The notes: generated by a model not told the origin, from the sequence alone. A stretch of 63,190 nucleotides of DNA, filler included, from Octopus bimaculoides (GCF_001194135.2; 8 parts of 8 records of this genome joined end to end with filler, not necessarily neighbours in it); one strand, 5' to 3'. Shown: positions 37,876 through 50,094, numbered from the whole stretch's first letter. Numbers and translations: made by a program.

Positions 37876-38237
37876 CTTGCTTTCTTTCTCTCTCCCCCCC
37901 TTCTCTTTCTCTTTATTCCTACCCTTATCCTCCTCCCACTCACACCTGTTATTCTTCTCTATTTCCTTTCCCCCCACTTCTATATCTTTTTAAATGCTTT
38001 TTCTATCAAAGTCCTTCGATTTATTCATTTATTTCTCCTTCCTAACTCTCTATTTTTCGTCATAAATCCATTCGGCTGACCAAACTCTACACCTCATCCA
38101 CAATTCCTCTGCTCCTCATCACCACCTTACAATGTCCCCCCTGGTACCCAAAGTATCAGTTAATGAATCAACTTACAACCGACAGATACCTAAAACTCAT
38201 TAAACAGACCTCTAAAACGGAAGTTTTTCATTTGCAG

Positions 38238-38345
38238 ACAAAATTATTCTTAACGGTCGTGCGTTTATATATATTCTTTCTTCTTTGATCGTCACATTTT
38301 TTTGGAACATTTCCCAAGCGAGTCCAGCCAACAACATTGGCAAAG
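38238..38345 (+). CDS. candidate symmetric phase-1 exon encoding a signal-peptide-like sequence (unidentified)
   Basis: acceptor TTTTTCATTTGCAG, donor AAG|GTAATT, 108 nt, xKIILNGRAFIYILSSLIVTFFWNISQASPANNIGKx; no homolog recognised. Confidence 0.3.
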
Positions 38346-38848
38346 GTAATTGAAATCTTCCTACTTTATTCTTCACTGTTTGTTGTTTATATTTCAGTAA
38401 TCAACCCGTGATTTACAACTGTGTTAATAATTTATGTTCTAATTATGATAAACTAATTTTTATTTCATATCATAATATCAACACGATGGTTAAATATCAA
38501 AGAAACAGGTTTGATTTGATACAGCGGGCTCTGCAAACACTCACGGTTTCGATTCCCATTCTATTCCTTCTGAAGTTGGGTGGGAAAATAAATAATGCTT
38601 TACAAAAATTGAGATCTTAAGCCTATATATATATATAAATATATATGTATATGTATTTAAAAAATCGATATAATTTACGATGTCAACTGGTCTTGTGTCA
38701 GCGGGAATATGACTAAGATAAAGATGTTTGTTTACTTAGAAATGACACTTGACCTGTAAACAAACACATGGCGAGGGGGGGGAAATGGAAGAATGAAGTA
38801 AATTCAGTCCAAGTACGCTACTCTAGATTATTGCAAATCCTTCCACTG

Positions 38849-38888
<40 letters not shown>

Positions 38889-39369
38889 ACAAACTATCTT
38901 CATAACTAATGTTTAAACAGTTCCTACAAAAACCTGCGAGAAAGCCTGTTTCGCACTAAGTTTATACAGGTTACTACTAGGATGTGTAAAGTACCCGGAC
39001 TTCACAGGGTGGCTTCTTTCCTTGTTAGACTGGTGTTTGCTGGAGTCGAAGGTAATTTAGATTTTAAGGAAAACGGGACAGCAAAAAAAAATATGGGACA
39101 TGTCATGTTAAAATGTGTGGAAATATTTTATATTTTTCTTACGTATTTTTTTGATGTCGGCAACAGTCGAGGATTTAGTTGTGGAAAATAATTTTTCGAT
39201 TATGTGAGTGCGTGAAATATTTTTCCTTGGATCTTTTTTATGAGAAACTAGGCGGGAGTAAAGAACACGCACACCACCCGTTTTCAACTAACAAAAGAGG
39301 AAAGAAAAACGAAAAACCGGCGATTTCCCTACACTTGTATGAAAAATTCCGCGTGAAAGCGCTACCTGT

Positions 39370-39407
<38 letters not shown>

Positions 39408-40069
39408 CACACACACATATATATATAATGTGTGTGTGTGTGTGTGTGTNNNNNNNNNNCACACACATATATATATAATGTGTGTGTGTGTGTGTGTGTA
39501 TAAACATTAAAATCCGATATCGTAAATTATAATCTGACACAATATGAAAGGTCTGCTCGTGTTGTAGTTGGACAAAAGAACCAGCGAAGAATGAGTCACT
39601 TGTGTTTCCATTATAACTTTATAAAGTTTTCAGTTTTTAAATTCTGCTGACCCAGTATTTTCAATTATTGTTCATTGTTATTGAAAATGGAAAATATATA
39701 GATTAAAGTTTTAAACAAGCTATATAAAAGCTTTCTCATTGAATAGAAGCTGTTTCTTCCGTTTTTTTTAAAACCGTTTCTACTTATAACTATTAAAGTT
39801 AAGTATGTTATTGTTATCGAAAATATGATAGGCTTTTTTTTTTAATTGGGCATATCTGAAGACAGGATGCGGATTTTTAGATAGGATGTTTTAATGGGTT
39901 ATTCTGGAATGGGGCTGTAGGTAAGTGACGCGTGAATAAAACCTGTAATAAAGTTCTAAAAACTTTTTTTTTTGAATGGGTATGTATGTATGTATGTATG
40001 TACGGATATATTGAAGGATACGCGCATGAACGACGTGTGTGTGTGTGCGTGTGTGTGTATGTGTGTTTC

Positions 40070-40320
40070 TATGATCGAACATTTCACTTCCCAACCCCAT
40101 AGTTTTGGTTTCGGTCCCACTGCATGTACTAGCGGAGCTAGAGTGTGTGCTACCTGGGGCGGCCCTTCAGTTTGCCGCTTCCGGGACTTCCACAAAAAAA
40201 ATACATAGTTCCTACAGCAGACCCAAAAGTGGTGTCGCCCCCATAAAAGTGCCGCCCGGGGTGCCCCCCCCCCCTGTGACCGGTGACCGCAGGGGTTGCA
40301 GGGGTTTAGCAATGGCCCTG
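40070..40320. mobile_element. GC-rich, hAT-like non-autonomous element fragment
   Basis: abrupt GC-rich island ending ..GCAATGGCCCTG (CAGGG-type terminus on the minus strand); partner TIR not identified. Confidence 0.35.
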
Positions 40321-40569
40321 AATCTGTCTTTCACTCTAAGGGAGAGGTCCTTAATTACCAACATAGGTAGAAGCTCTCTGAACTTTGCCCAGCCCGTTCT
40401 TATTCTCGCAACTACACTTTCAGAACTTCTTCCACCCCTGCTAACTCGGTCTCCCTGGTAAGAGAAGCTGTCTACTACTTCTTATGATCCCCCAAGCATT
40501 TGAGTGAATCTATTTTTAGTGCATATTTAGTGCTTATTGTCCCTGCACATTTGCCACATGCAAAGACTA

Positions 40570-40900
40570 TTCATCATCATCATCATTTTACGTCTGCTTG
40601 CCATGCTAGCATGGGTTGGACGGTTTAACTGAGGACTGATGAGCCAGAGGCTGCACCAGGCTCAATCTGATCTGGCAATGTTTCTACAGCTGGATGCTCT
40701 TCTTAACGCCAACCACTCCAAGAGTGTAGTGGGTGCTTTTATGTGCCACCGGCACGAGGGCCAGTCAGGCAATACTGGCAACGACCACGCTCAAAAGGTA
40801 TTTTTATGTGCTACCTGCACAGGAGCCAGCCCAGCGGTACTAGCAATGACCACGCTCGAATGTTGTTTTTCATGTGCCACCAGCACGTGTGCCGGTACAT
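40570..40900 (-). mobile_element. family E copy
   Basis: CATCATTTTACGTCTGCTTGCCATGCTAGCATGGGTTGGACGG..GCTGGATGCT. Confidence 0.8.
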
Positions 40901-41157
40901 TAATATATATTGGGTTGGTGCATAATTATTGTGGCTTTTTTTCAACGAATTTTATTCAACAAAAACAATAACAACATGTAACAAAAACATCTTTAAATGA
41001 TTATTCCGGAGCATATTCACCATCTACCTCAATTACTGCTACCCATTTGCTTGGCAGACTGTCAGACCGTCATTTAAAGATGCTTTTGTTAAATATTGTT
41101 ATTGTTTTTGTTGAGTAAAATTTGTTGACAAAAAGCTGCAATAATTATGCACCAACC

Positions 41158-41545
41158 CGATGTGTGGTAAAGTAGCTTGCTTACCAACCACATGGTTCCG
41201 GGTTCAGTCCCACTGCGTGGCACCTTGGGCAAGTGTCTTCTACTATAGCCTCGGGCCGACCAAAGCCTTGTGAGTGGATTTGGTAGACGGAAACTGAAAG
41301 AAGCCCGTTGTATATATGTATGTGTATGTGTATGTGTATATGTTTGTGTGTCCGTGTTTGTCCCTCGAACATCACTTGACAACCGATGCTGGTGTGTTTA
41401 CGTCCCCGTAACTTAGCGGTTTGGCAAAAGAGACCGATAGAATAAGTACTAGGCTTACAAAGAATAAGTCCTGGGGTCGATTTGCTCGACTAAAGGCACC
41501 GCTCCAGCATGGTCGCAGTCAAATGACTGAAACGAATAAAAGAAT
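41158..41545 (+). mobile_element. near full-length SINE (D head plus C body)
   Basis: tRNA-like head GGTTCAGTCCC, CCTTGGGCAAGTG, (TATG)n spacer, body ending CAGTCAAATGACTGAAACGAATAAAAG. Confidence 0.9.
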
Positions 41546-42014
41546 ATATCACATTACCGAAATCTCAAAGCTACACGATGATGTAATGATTAATTCAAAA
41601 CCATATGATTAAACACTTTATAGTGTCTCTATACTTAATAGTATCAATTCAATAGTGTTTGTGCCCTTTAATATTCTTATTCGCCATCTTTAAAAGCCAG
41701 CTTTTATTAACAGATATCAGTTCTTGTTTTGTCAGTGAAGTCTCCTGTGCTTTTTTTTCCTTTCAAAATAGAAATTTGATGCATGGCAAGAATTTGTCAA
41801 TGACAAGTTTACAAACTGAATAAACCAATAGATCCTGAACATTCTCACACTCGACTGGTTTATCATGAGAAGTTGCTGTAGTAAATGGCTAATGACACCT
41901 GGCCAGACATGTGACAGACATAAAGTCAAGAACTAAACCAAGAATAAGATTCTTGAAATAAAATGAGCCAGAGAAGACTTTATCACCGAAGTTATTGAAA
42001 GTGTTATTTCCTCA

Positions 42015-42240
42015 TCTCTGTTGTTGTCATCAACGTTTTAACATGATGTCCACTTATCCATGTTTGCATGGGTTAGACTGAATTAGTTGAGGTGGATTTT
42101 TTGTGCAGCTGGATGCCCTTCCTGTCACCAATCCTCACCTGTTTCCGAGTCAGGGGATATTGTGCCAGTGACCAGACATGTTTTCATGGAAGATTGGAAA
42201 TGAAGGATACCGCTTGTATGACAGTGGCACTTGTTTACAG
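42015..42240 (-). mobile_element. family E copy
   Basis: TTTAACATGATGTCCAC..GCATGGGTTAGAC..GCTGGATGCCCTTCCTGTCACC. Confidence 0.7.
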
Positions 42241-42268
42241 CTATCATACAATGTCAAGGGAAGGAGAA

Positions 42269-42303
<35 letters not shown>

Positions 42304-42488
42304 CATACATACATACATGCATATATGCATATATATATGCATGTATACATACATGCATATATGCATACATACATACGTATATACATACATACATGCATAT
42401 ATACACACATGCATACAAATACTTGCAAACATGCATACATACATATATTTGGAGAGAATTTATTCCCCTGGCGTCCATGCTATTCTTC

Positions 42489-43313
42489 AGCTACTTGCCT
42501 TATCTGGAATATTCTGCAGAGATTATCATATGGCAACCACCATAGAATATATTTGTTTTTCTTAGAGAATGGCTATCAAAGAATGTTTGGTTCATCAGGT
42601 TGTTCCCTCTCCAATCAATTTTTGTTCTCGATACATAAATATTATTGTAATCGATGGAATATTGAGGAATTCTATTCCTTTTCACCATTTCTTGCCACCA
42701 TACTATCATCATCATCACCGTCATCATCATCACCATCATCATCATTGTCATCATCACCACCCCCATCATCACCACCACCACCACCACTATTGCTACCACC
42801 ACCATCATCATCTTCATCTATTTAAGAAACAAGAGGTCCTGCAAAATTCCCTTTGTTGTTAGCAACTATTCAAGAGAGACCTTTATCTTTGTTGGCCCCG
42901 CTCATCTTGAAGGACCCATCAGGGCCAGGGGTTTCAGTGCCTTCACCCACAAGATTCCATCAAAATGGAATCAAAGTCCATCGATTTTGGTCAGTTTTGT
43001 TGGAAAAGTGTATTTAGCACTAGTTTCTTAAACAGATGATGGTGATGGTGATGGTGATGTCGATGATGATGATGATGATGATGATGATGGTTGTGGTGTT
43101 GGTAGTGGTGATGATGTAGATTGTGGAATAGATTTCTTCAATATCCCATTGATCACAATAATGGTCATTTATTGAGAAAAAAATTGATTGGAAATGGGAC
43201 AAACCAATGAATTAAACATTCTCTGACAGCCATTCTTAGAGACAAACCAATCTACTCTCTGGTGGTTGTCATGTGATAAACTCTGCGGAATATTCTGGAT
43301 AAGGGAAGTAGCT
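42489..43313. repeat. large imperfect inverted repeat (arms about 300-350 bp)
   Basis: 42489-42835 vs reverse complement of 43021-43313; collinear, including the (CAT)n tract and flanking CATCT(A/G)TTTAAGAAAC. Confidence 0.85.
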
Positions 43314-43775
43314 TTACTCTTTACTTGTTTCAGTCATTTGACTGTGGCCATGCTGGAGCACCGCCTTTAGTCAAGCAAATCGACCCCAGGACTTATTCTT
43401 TGTAAGCCTAGTACTTATTCTATCGGTCTCTTTTGCTGAACCACTAAGTTACGGGAATGTAAATACAGACACACAAACACACATACACACACACACACGC
43501 ATACATACATATATACATATATACGATGGGCTTCTTTCAGTTTCCGTCTACCAAATCCACTCACAAGGCTTTGGTCGGCCTGAGGCTATAGTAGAAGACA
43601 CTTGCCCAGACGGAGTGGTTGGCATTAGGAAGGGCATCCAGCTGTAGAAACTCTGCCAAATCAGATTGGAGCCTGGTGTAGCCATCTGGTTTCACCAGTC
43701 CTCAGTCAAATCGTCCAACCCATGCTAGCATGGAAAGCGGACGTTAAATGATGATGATGATGATGATGATGATAT
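43314..43775. mobile_element. young SINE C/D (minus) fused head-to-head to a family E 3' end (plus)
   Basis: C/D sequence to GACACTTGCCCA (about 43608), then GGAGTGGTTGGCATTAGGAAGGGCATCCAGCTG..GTTAAATGATGATG. Confidence 0.8.
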
Positions 43776-45358
43776 ATATATATACATATATATATATATT
43801 GATGGTGGTTAGCTGGCAGACATTGGTTGTACATCTGGCAAGAGGCATAGAGGCATTTTACCCCAGCTCGTTACATTCTGATTTTGCCATTTTGTCTGAG
43901 GTGTGACACAGGTTCCAGTCTTTACAGATACCATTTTCAGTAATAACAGCAGCAGTAACAGCAGATTCTACATGTTGTGATGTCAGCTGCCTTGTTACTG
44001 GAACTAATTAATATATTATATTATTATCACTAAATGAGATACCACTAAATGTGTTAGCAATTAAGGAACAGATCCATTGTAAAAACATTGACTGATTAAT
44101 CAATTAATTACACAAAGAAAACTGCCTAATTAAGTCAGGGGAATTGATGGAATAGAATTATTCTAATATTCCACTCTGTGGGTATTTTTTTTTTATTGGT
44201 TTCAGTTATTGCGGTGTGGCCATAGCCATACTGCAGCATTTTCCTTAAAGGTTTTAGTCATATCAATCCCCAACAATCATTTTAGCTTGGTACATATTCT
44301 ATCATTCTTTATTCATTGAATGGCTACATTTTATCTTGTGGTATGAAAGAGATGGACATCAACACATGGTGAGAGTTGGTGACAGGAATTTTATTCTTCT
44401 CTCAAGCAAACAGGTACATATTGGGCTTCTTTCAGTTTCCATCTACCAAATCCACTCACAAGGCTTTGGTCAGCCTGAGGCTTTAGTTGAACCATGTGGT
44501 TTGTAAGCAAGTTTAACTGTTGCTATGTGATGAAGGGAAAGAGTGGGAGGTAAGTCAGTGCCTGGAATGATTCGGTGTGGTGGGAGGCTTAAAGTTACCA
44601 CTGTAGTGGGAGGCGATGCATTTTATAACATTGTACATTATCTCTAATTATCTTACGCTCGCCTATCTTCACCCCAGCTGAGACCTCCCTAAATTGGATC
44701 AATTATTGGAATGCAGCAGAAGATATTGTTGTATTAAAACTGACCATAAATGCTATTGAAACAGGAAAACTTATGGTGGGAAACAGAGGGAAAAAAAAAC
44801 AAACTGTGAATCGTTAACATTACTTCATTATAATGTTGTGATAATATATGGACATAAATTTTAGCTTGAATGACTGGAAGGAACCAGTGGAAACTATGAA
44901 GACGCAACAAATGCAGATTTATTTCTCTCTCTCTCTTCGTTTTTTAGTTATTTATTTGGTTTTGTTTTTACATTTGTAATTTCTGTCTTCGTTATCTGTT
45001 GTTGGGAAATATCACGTTTTCAGAATTATTAATTGAAACTCTCTGACGACTTTGAACAAACTGGGTGGATTCAGCAGTGACTCCTTTTGTTAATTGTTGT
45101 GAATGTATATCGAATGGTTTCTTTAAATATTTGTTCTAGAAATGGCATAGGACAGTGTTGGTTCTTGTGACTGGGAAACAAAAGGTTGCTCACCCTCAAT
45201 AGCAGTAATGTGAGAGGGTACTTACAGACTGCGGAAACGGTCTGGCGGTATGGAGAGGCATTGGATACAATGCAGGACATTAATTAAAGCAAGCAAAATA
45301 AGCTTGTGCTCTATGCATAGATGTGTGTGTGTGTGTGTGTGTTTGAGCATCTATCTAT

Positions 45359-45389
<31 letters not shown>

Positions 45390-45556
45390 CTGTCTATAGG
45401 TGTCTGTTGATCTGAGTGTGTGTGTGTGTGTGTGTGTGCATGCACATGTGTGTGCGTGTACTGTGTTTGTGCATCNNNNNNNNNNCTGAGTGTGTGTGTG
45501 TGTGTGTGTGTGCATGCACATGTGTGTGCGTGTACTGTGTTTGTGCATCTATCCGT

Positions 45557-45594
<38 letters not shown>

Positions 45595-46164
45595 TGTCTG
45601 TCTATAGGTGTCTGTGTTCAACTGTGTCTGTGTCTGTCTATCTGCCCTTGTGTATATGTATCTGTGTCCATGTGCATGTATGTGTGTCTCCTTGTGTGTG
45701 TATGTGCATGTGCACATTGCCTGCATGTGTCTGTATGCATGTTTACCCACAGGCTACAGTGGCTCACCTTTATCCTTGTTTTTTTTTCTCTCTCTCTCTT
45801 AGCTACTCAACTGATGGATGCTTGCTATAAATGGCATGAAATAAATGGTTACATACTATGATTGCTGGATATCAGGGCCATGGAATAAACAGTAGCATAT
45901 TATAGATTTTTAGATATCAGTAGCACAGCAGCATAGAGTACATGGTAGCATATTACAGATGCTGAATATCAGCAGCGTGAGATAAATTATAGGATAACGA
46001 AAAATCAATTAATTGTTCCAGCGAAAGAGGAAGATTTCGTGGCTCCTAAGCAATAAATGATATTACTGAGCGTTACTCTAATTGGTCTCAGATGAAATGT
46101 CTTATTCTTTACTGCTTCAAAGTTTCTATCTCTTTCACACCACACACACACACTTTTGATTTTT

Positions 46165-46335
46165 AACTTGTTTCTGTCATTAGATTGCAACCATGCTGGG
46201 GCATTGCTTTGAAGAATTTTTGTCAGATAAATCAACCCCAGTACTTTTTTTTTTTTGTTTTTTTCTTTTCTTTAAGCCTGGCACTTATTGTATCGGTCTC
46301 TTTTGCCGAACTGCTAAGCTACAGAGACATAACAC
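46165..46335 (-). mobile_element. SINE C body, truncated
   Basis: TATCGGTCTCTTTTGCCGAACTGCTAAG. Confidence 0.75.
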
Positions 46336-46695
46336 TCCAATACCAGCAGATGATAACGTTTCTCTGAAAGAAACGGAGAAACTTTCAAAATACAAAGACC
46401 TGGAAATAGAGGTAACTCGAATGTGGAATCTAAAGCCAGAAACAATTCCTATCATAGTAGGTGCCTAAGGCACCTACTATAAAATATTCAGACAAATACA
46501 TAACAAAAACACCAGGACTTACAAATATATATAACATCCAGAAAATTGCACTACTGGGCACTGCACACATCCTACGCAAAACACTTTCAATACAGTAACC
46601 ATAAGAGCATCACAGCAAACCACAGCACATACCAAAGGCACACAGAGCTGCGCTCGGTAGTGAAGTGAAAGCACGTTATAAAAAAAATAAAACTA

Positions 46696-46729
<34 letters not shown>

Positions 46730-46750
46730 GCAATAATAATAATAATATTT
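46336..46750 (+). mobile_element. R4/Dong-type LINE 3' end with 3' UTR and (AAT)n tail
   Basis: IPADDNVSLKETEKLSKYKDLEIEVTRMWNLKPETIPIIVGA..IQKIALLGTAHILRKTLSIQ*. Confidence 0.92.
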
Positions 46751-47196
46751 CTTTCTGATTTCGGCACACAGCCAGCGGTTTTAGGGGTAGGAATAGGGTT
46801 AGTCGATTACAAGAACATAAATAAACATTTCAACAGACGGAAGGAAGTTGGTTTTACTTATCAACATTTATACGCTGTATACAATTAGTGACTGACCGAA
46901 ATGAATCTATGAATGAACCGAAATCCCTTATTATTTATTTTACTGGTGGAGCATATAAAGACTCTTGTTTCATATATGTTACTACAGATAATCGTTAATC
47001 TCTCCCTTTATCTTTCTTTAAACTAAAATACTGATTCTTTACAGACATTCGGTTGTTCTATGAAGAATTCACTTCCGTTCAAAGAATGGATTCTGGTTGT
47101 CTCCTTCAGTCTGGTGTCTCTTTCTTCTCCATTGATTTACTTTGTTTTTGTTTTTCTGTTTGTTTCTATGCTTTTGATTTGTGTTATTCACACATG

Positions 47197-47234
<38 letters not shown>

Positions 47235-47354
47235 CATGCATGCATGCTCACTTTGTTTCTCTTACCATCTTTCTCTCTTTCTCTTATGATCTATGTATAT
47301 ATGTGTGCATGTATGTTTGTTTATGTGAGTGACTGTTTCAGTTTATGTGTGTGC

Positions 47355-47385
<31 letters not shown>

Positions 47386-47407
47386 TATGTATGTATGTAT
47401 ATATATA

Positions 47408-47463
<56 letters not shown>

Positions 47464-47479
47464 TATAGGCAGATAGATA

Positions 47480-47735
47480 GATGTTGTTGTTGCTCATTCC
47501 TTCTTGAGCTATGTCTGGCTCATAAGGGCCAGTTACTGAGTCTGTTGCAGGTGAGCTGCTAGATGTAGGAGGAAAGAGTGTGAGAAAGTCGTGGCAAAAA
47601 AGTCAGCAGAAGTTCACCATTACCTTCTGCCAGAGCCAGGTGGAGCTTAGGTGTTTCGCTCACAAACACACGCATCGCCCGGTCTGAGATTCGAACCCGC
47701 GATCCCTCAAGAGCGAGTCCGCTGCTCTAACAGCT
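47480..47735 (-). mobile_element. SINE family G with tRNA-like head
   Basis: minus-strand B-box GGTTCGAATC; matches 36280-36510. Confidence 0.8.
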
Positions 47736-47739
47736 AGGT

Positions 47740-47896
47740 TATGGCATTTGGAAGATTAGGAAGGGCATCCAGTTGCAGAAGCCATGCTAAGACAGATAAT
47801 TAGAGTTTGATGTAGCTCTCTGGCTTGTCAGCTCCTGTCAAACAGTCCAACCCATACCAGCTCGGAAAACAGAAATTGAATGATGATAATGATGAC

Positions 47897-47932
<36 letters not shown>

Positions 47933-47940
47933 AACAATGA
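47740..47940 (+). mobile_element. family E 3' end with (GAT)n tail
   Basis: TAGGAAGGGCATCCAGTTG..CAACCCATACCAGC..ATGATGAT. Confidence 0.65.
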
Positions 47941-48192
47941 CGATATACATACACTTGAAGGACTTGCATATAATGTCCATCTTCGAAATGCACTCACAAG
48001 GCATAGATTATGTTTCTTTGCCATAAATTAAATTAACCATATCAATGCAAAAAATCTAGTCATTTTGGTATCGCCCACCCTAATTTGACATTGTATACTT
48101 GAAGAGCAATTTCATGTTTCACCGATATATTTCATTTCACACCCACCTTGAAATACCTAAATAATACAGAAATAAATATTTATAACATAGAC

Positions 48193-48482
48193 ATTGTTTT
48201 CTTATTTGAATATTCACTCTTATTGTTTTCTTATTTGAATATTCCCTCTTATTGTTTTCTTATTTGAATATTCACTCTTATTGTTTTCTTATTTGAATAT
48301 TCACTCTTATTGTTTTCTTATTTGAATATTCACTCTTATTGTTTTCTTATTTGAATATTCACTCTTATTGTTTTCTTATTTGAATATTCACTCTTATTGT
48401 TTTCTTATTTGAATATTCACTCTTATTGTTTTCTTATTTGAATATTCACTCTTATTGTTTTCTTATTTGAATATTCACTCTT
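48193..48482 (+). repeat. 29-bp minisatellite, 10 near-perfect copies
   Basis: ATTGTTTTCTTATTTGAATATTCACTCTT at 48193+29n; one A>C variant in copy 2. Confidence 0.97.
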
Positions 48483-48954
48483 TACTATGTCAAGCGTAGA
48501 GCTTGGAATGTCATGCTAAATTTATTGAGGACCATTGCTAACAACAACTCTTACATTGGTAAAGACAATATTACTAACCTGACCCAAATCACTAATTTCA
48601 CTGTGAATAGCTGGACTGAATCCAACAATGAAAAGTCACAGACTCTTTTGTAGCTGTTTCATTGATTTCCTTATTTAAGATGTTGAGTAAAACACGATAT
48701 TATTTCACGCTCAAGTAATGTCGTTACATAAATTGTTTTTGTTGTTCTATACCAACCATGTATTGTTAGGTTATATGTGTGTGTGTGTGTGGTGTCTGTT
48801 GTGTGTGCGTGGTGTCTGTTGTGTGTGTGTGTGGTGTCTGTTGTGTGTGTGTATAGATATGGGTATATATAGCTATGTGTGTATGTATATGTGTACATAC
48901 AGATATACATGCATGTATGTGTGTGTGTGTGTATATACACATACATTTATATAT

Positions 48955-49035
48955 GAGCCTGGTGTTGCCATCCGGTTTCACCAGTCCTCAGTCAAATCGT
49001 CCAACCCATGCTAGCATGGAAAGCGGACGTTAAAC

Positions 49036-49070
<35 letters not shown>
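48955..49070 (+). mobile_element. 5'-truncated family E 3' end
   Basis: near-identical to 43670-43770. Confidence 0.85.
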
Positions 49071-49071
<1 letters not shown>

Positions 49072-49090
49072 ATATGAGTATATGTGTATA

Positions 49091-49125
<35 letters not shown>

Positions 49126-49815
49126 CCTAAAGGGCTTAAGTAATTTGTTATTCGAAGGCTACAATATAAAGATGTTAGTATGTTACCTGTTATTTTAATT
49201 ATCTGTCCTAATATTTCGGGGATAAAATCTCTTTGTCAACAAACTAGTGAGGAAAGGTCCTGAGTTGTGTGTCTCTGTTATTATAAGCTCACTAGCTTAC
49301 TTTATCATTTATTTCTATGTATTGGCTGTTTCAAATGTATGGAATATAGTAAGTAACTGGACAATACATGCTGCAGGGCTTAGATGTTAATTTATTTACT
49401 GAAAAGCAACATTTCACTCTGCCGATTCTCCAAGGGTCACATTTGACAAAATTCTATGTTTCCTAGAATAGCAACCAAGATAGCTAGTCATAGATGTATG
49501 ATGCATGCAGTGCTGCTATAAGTTACCACAGAACGCCTTTATAAACACTTTCTCTATCAATAATACAAATGTTCACATAATAATAATGACTGATGTTTCT
49601 TTAACTTTTAATGTATTTAAAGCCCATTTCTGCTGTGTGACAAGTTTACTTGCTTCTTATAGATAGACTACCAGACAATAAAATTATTCTCATATTTACT
49701 CTGTTTTACTTCAATTGAACTGGTTTCTAAGAAAATGTTTTTGTGAATGACCTCTTTAAGTGGCATAAAAGACTGTTTATTAGACTTTCAGAACACTCAT
49801 GCATGTGTGTTTGTA

Positions 49816-49875
<60 letters not shown>

Positions 49876-50094
49876 TGTATGTGTATATGTATGTGTATAT
49901 GTATGTATATATATATATATATATATACACACTAGCAACAATACCCGTCGTTGATCGGGTAATTATTTTTACTGTTTCCCAGGAGCCATGCTCAGAGTAT
50001 TATTCCATATATAATTTACTCCTTCTGTATGTGGCCATTTTTATAAGAGAAAAATATGTAATAATTGAAGTAGAAAAAAGATCAATTTCATACA

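Noticed and set aside
42565-42597. 33-nt symmetric micro-exon candidate
   Set aside because: It lies inside the inverted-repeat arm, has a weak donor, and the signals are not kept in the other arm.
48193-48482. CRISPR-like appearance of a 29-bp repeat
   Set aside because: The copies are contiguous with no spacers, and there are no cas genes; the context is eukaryotic.
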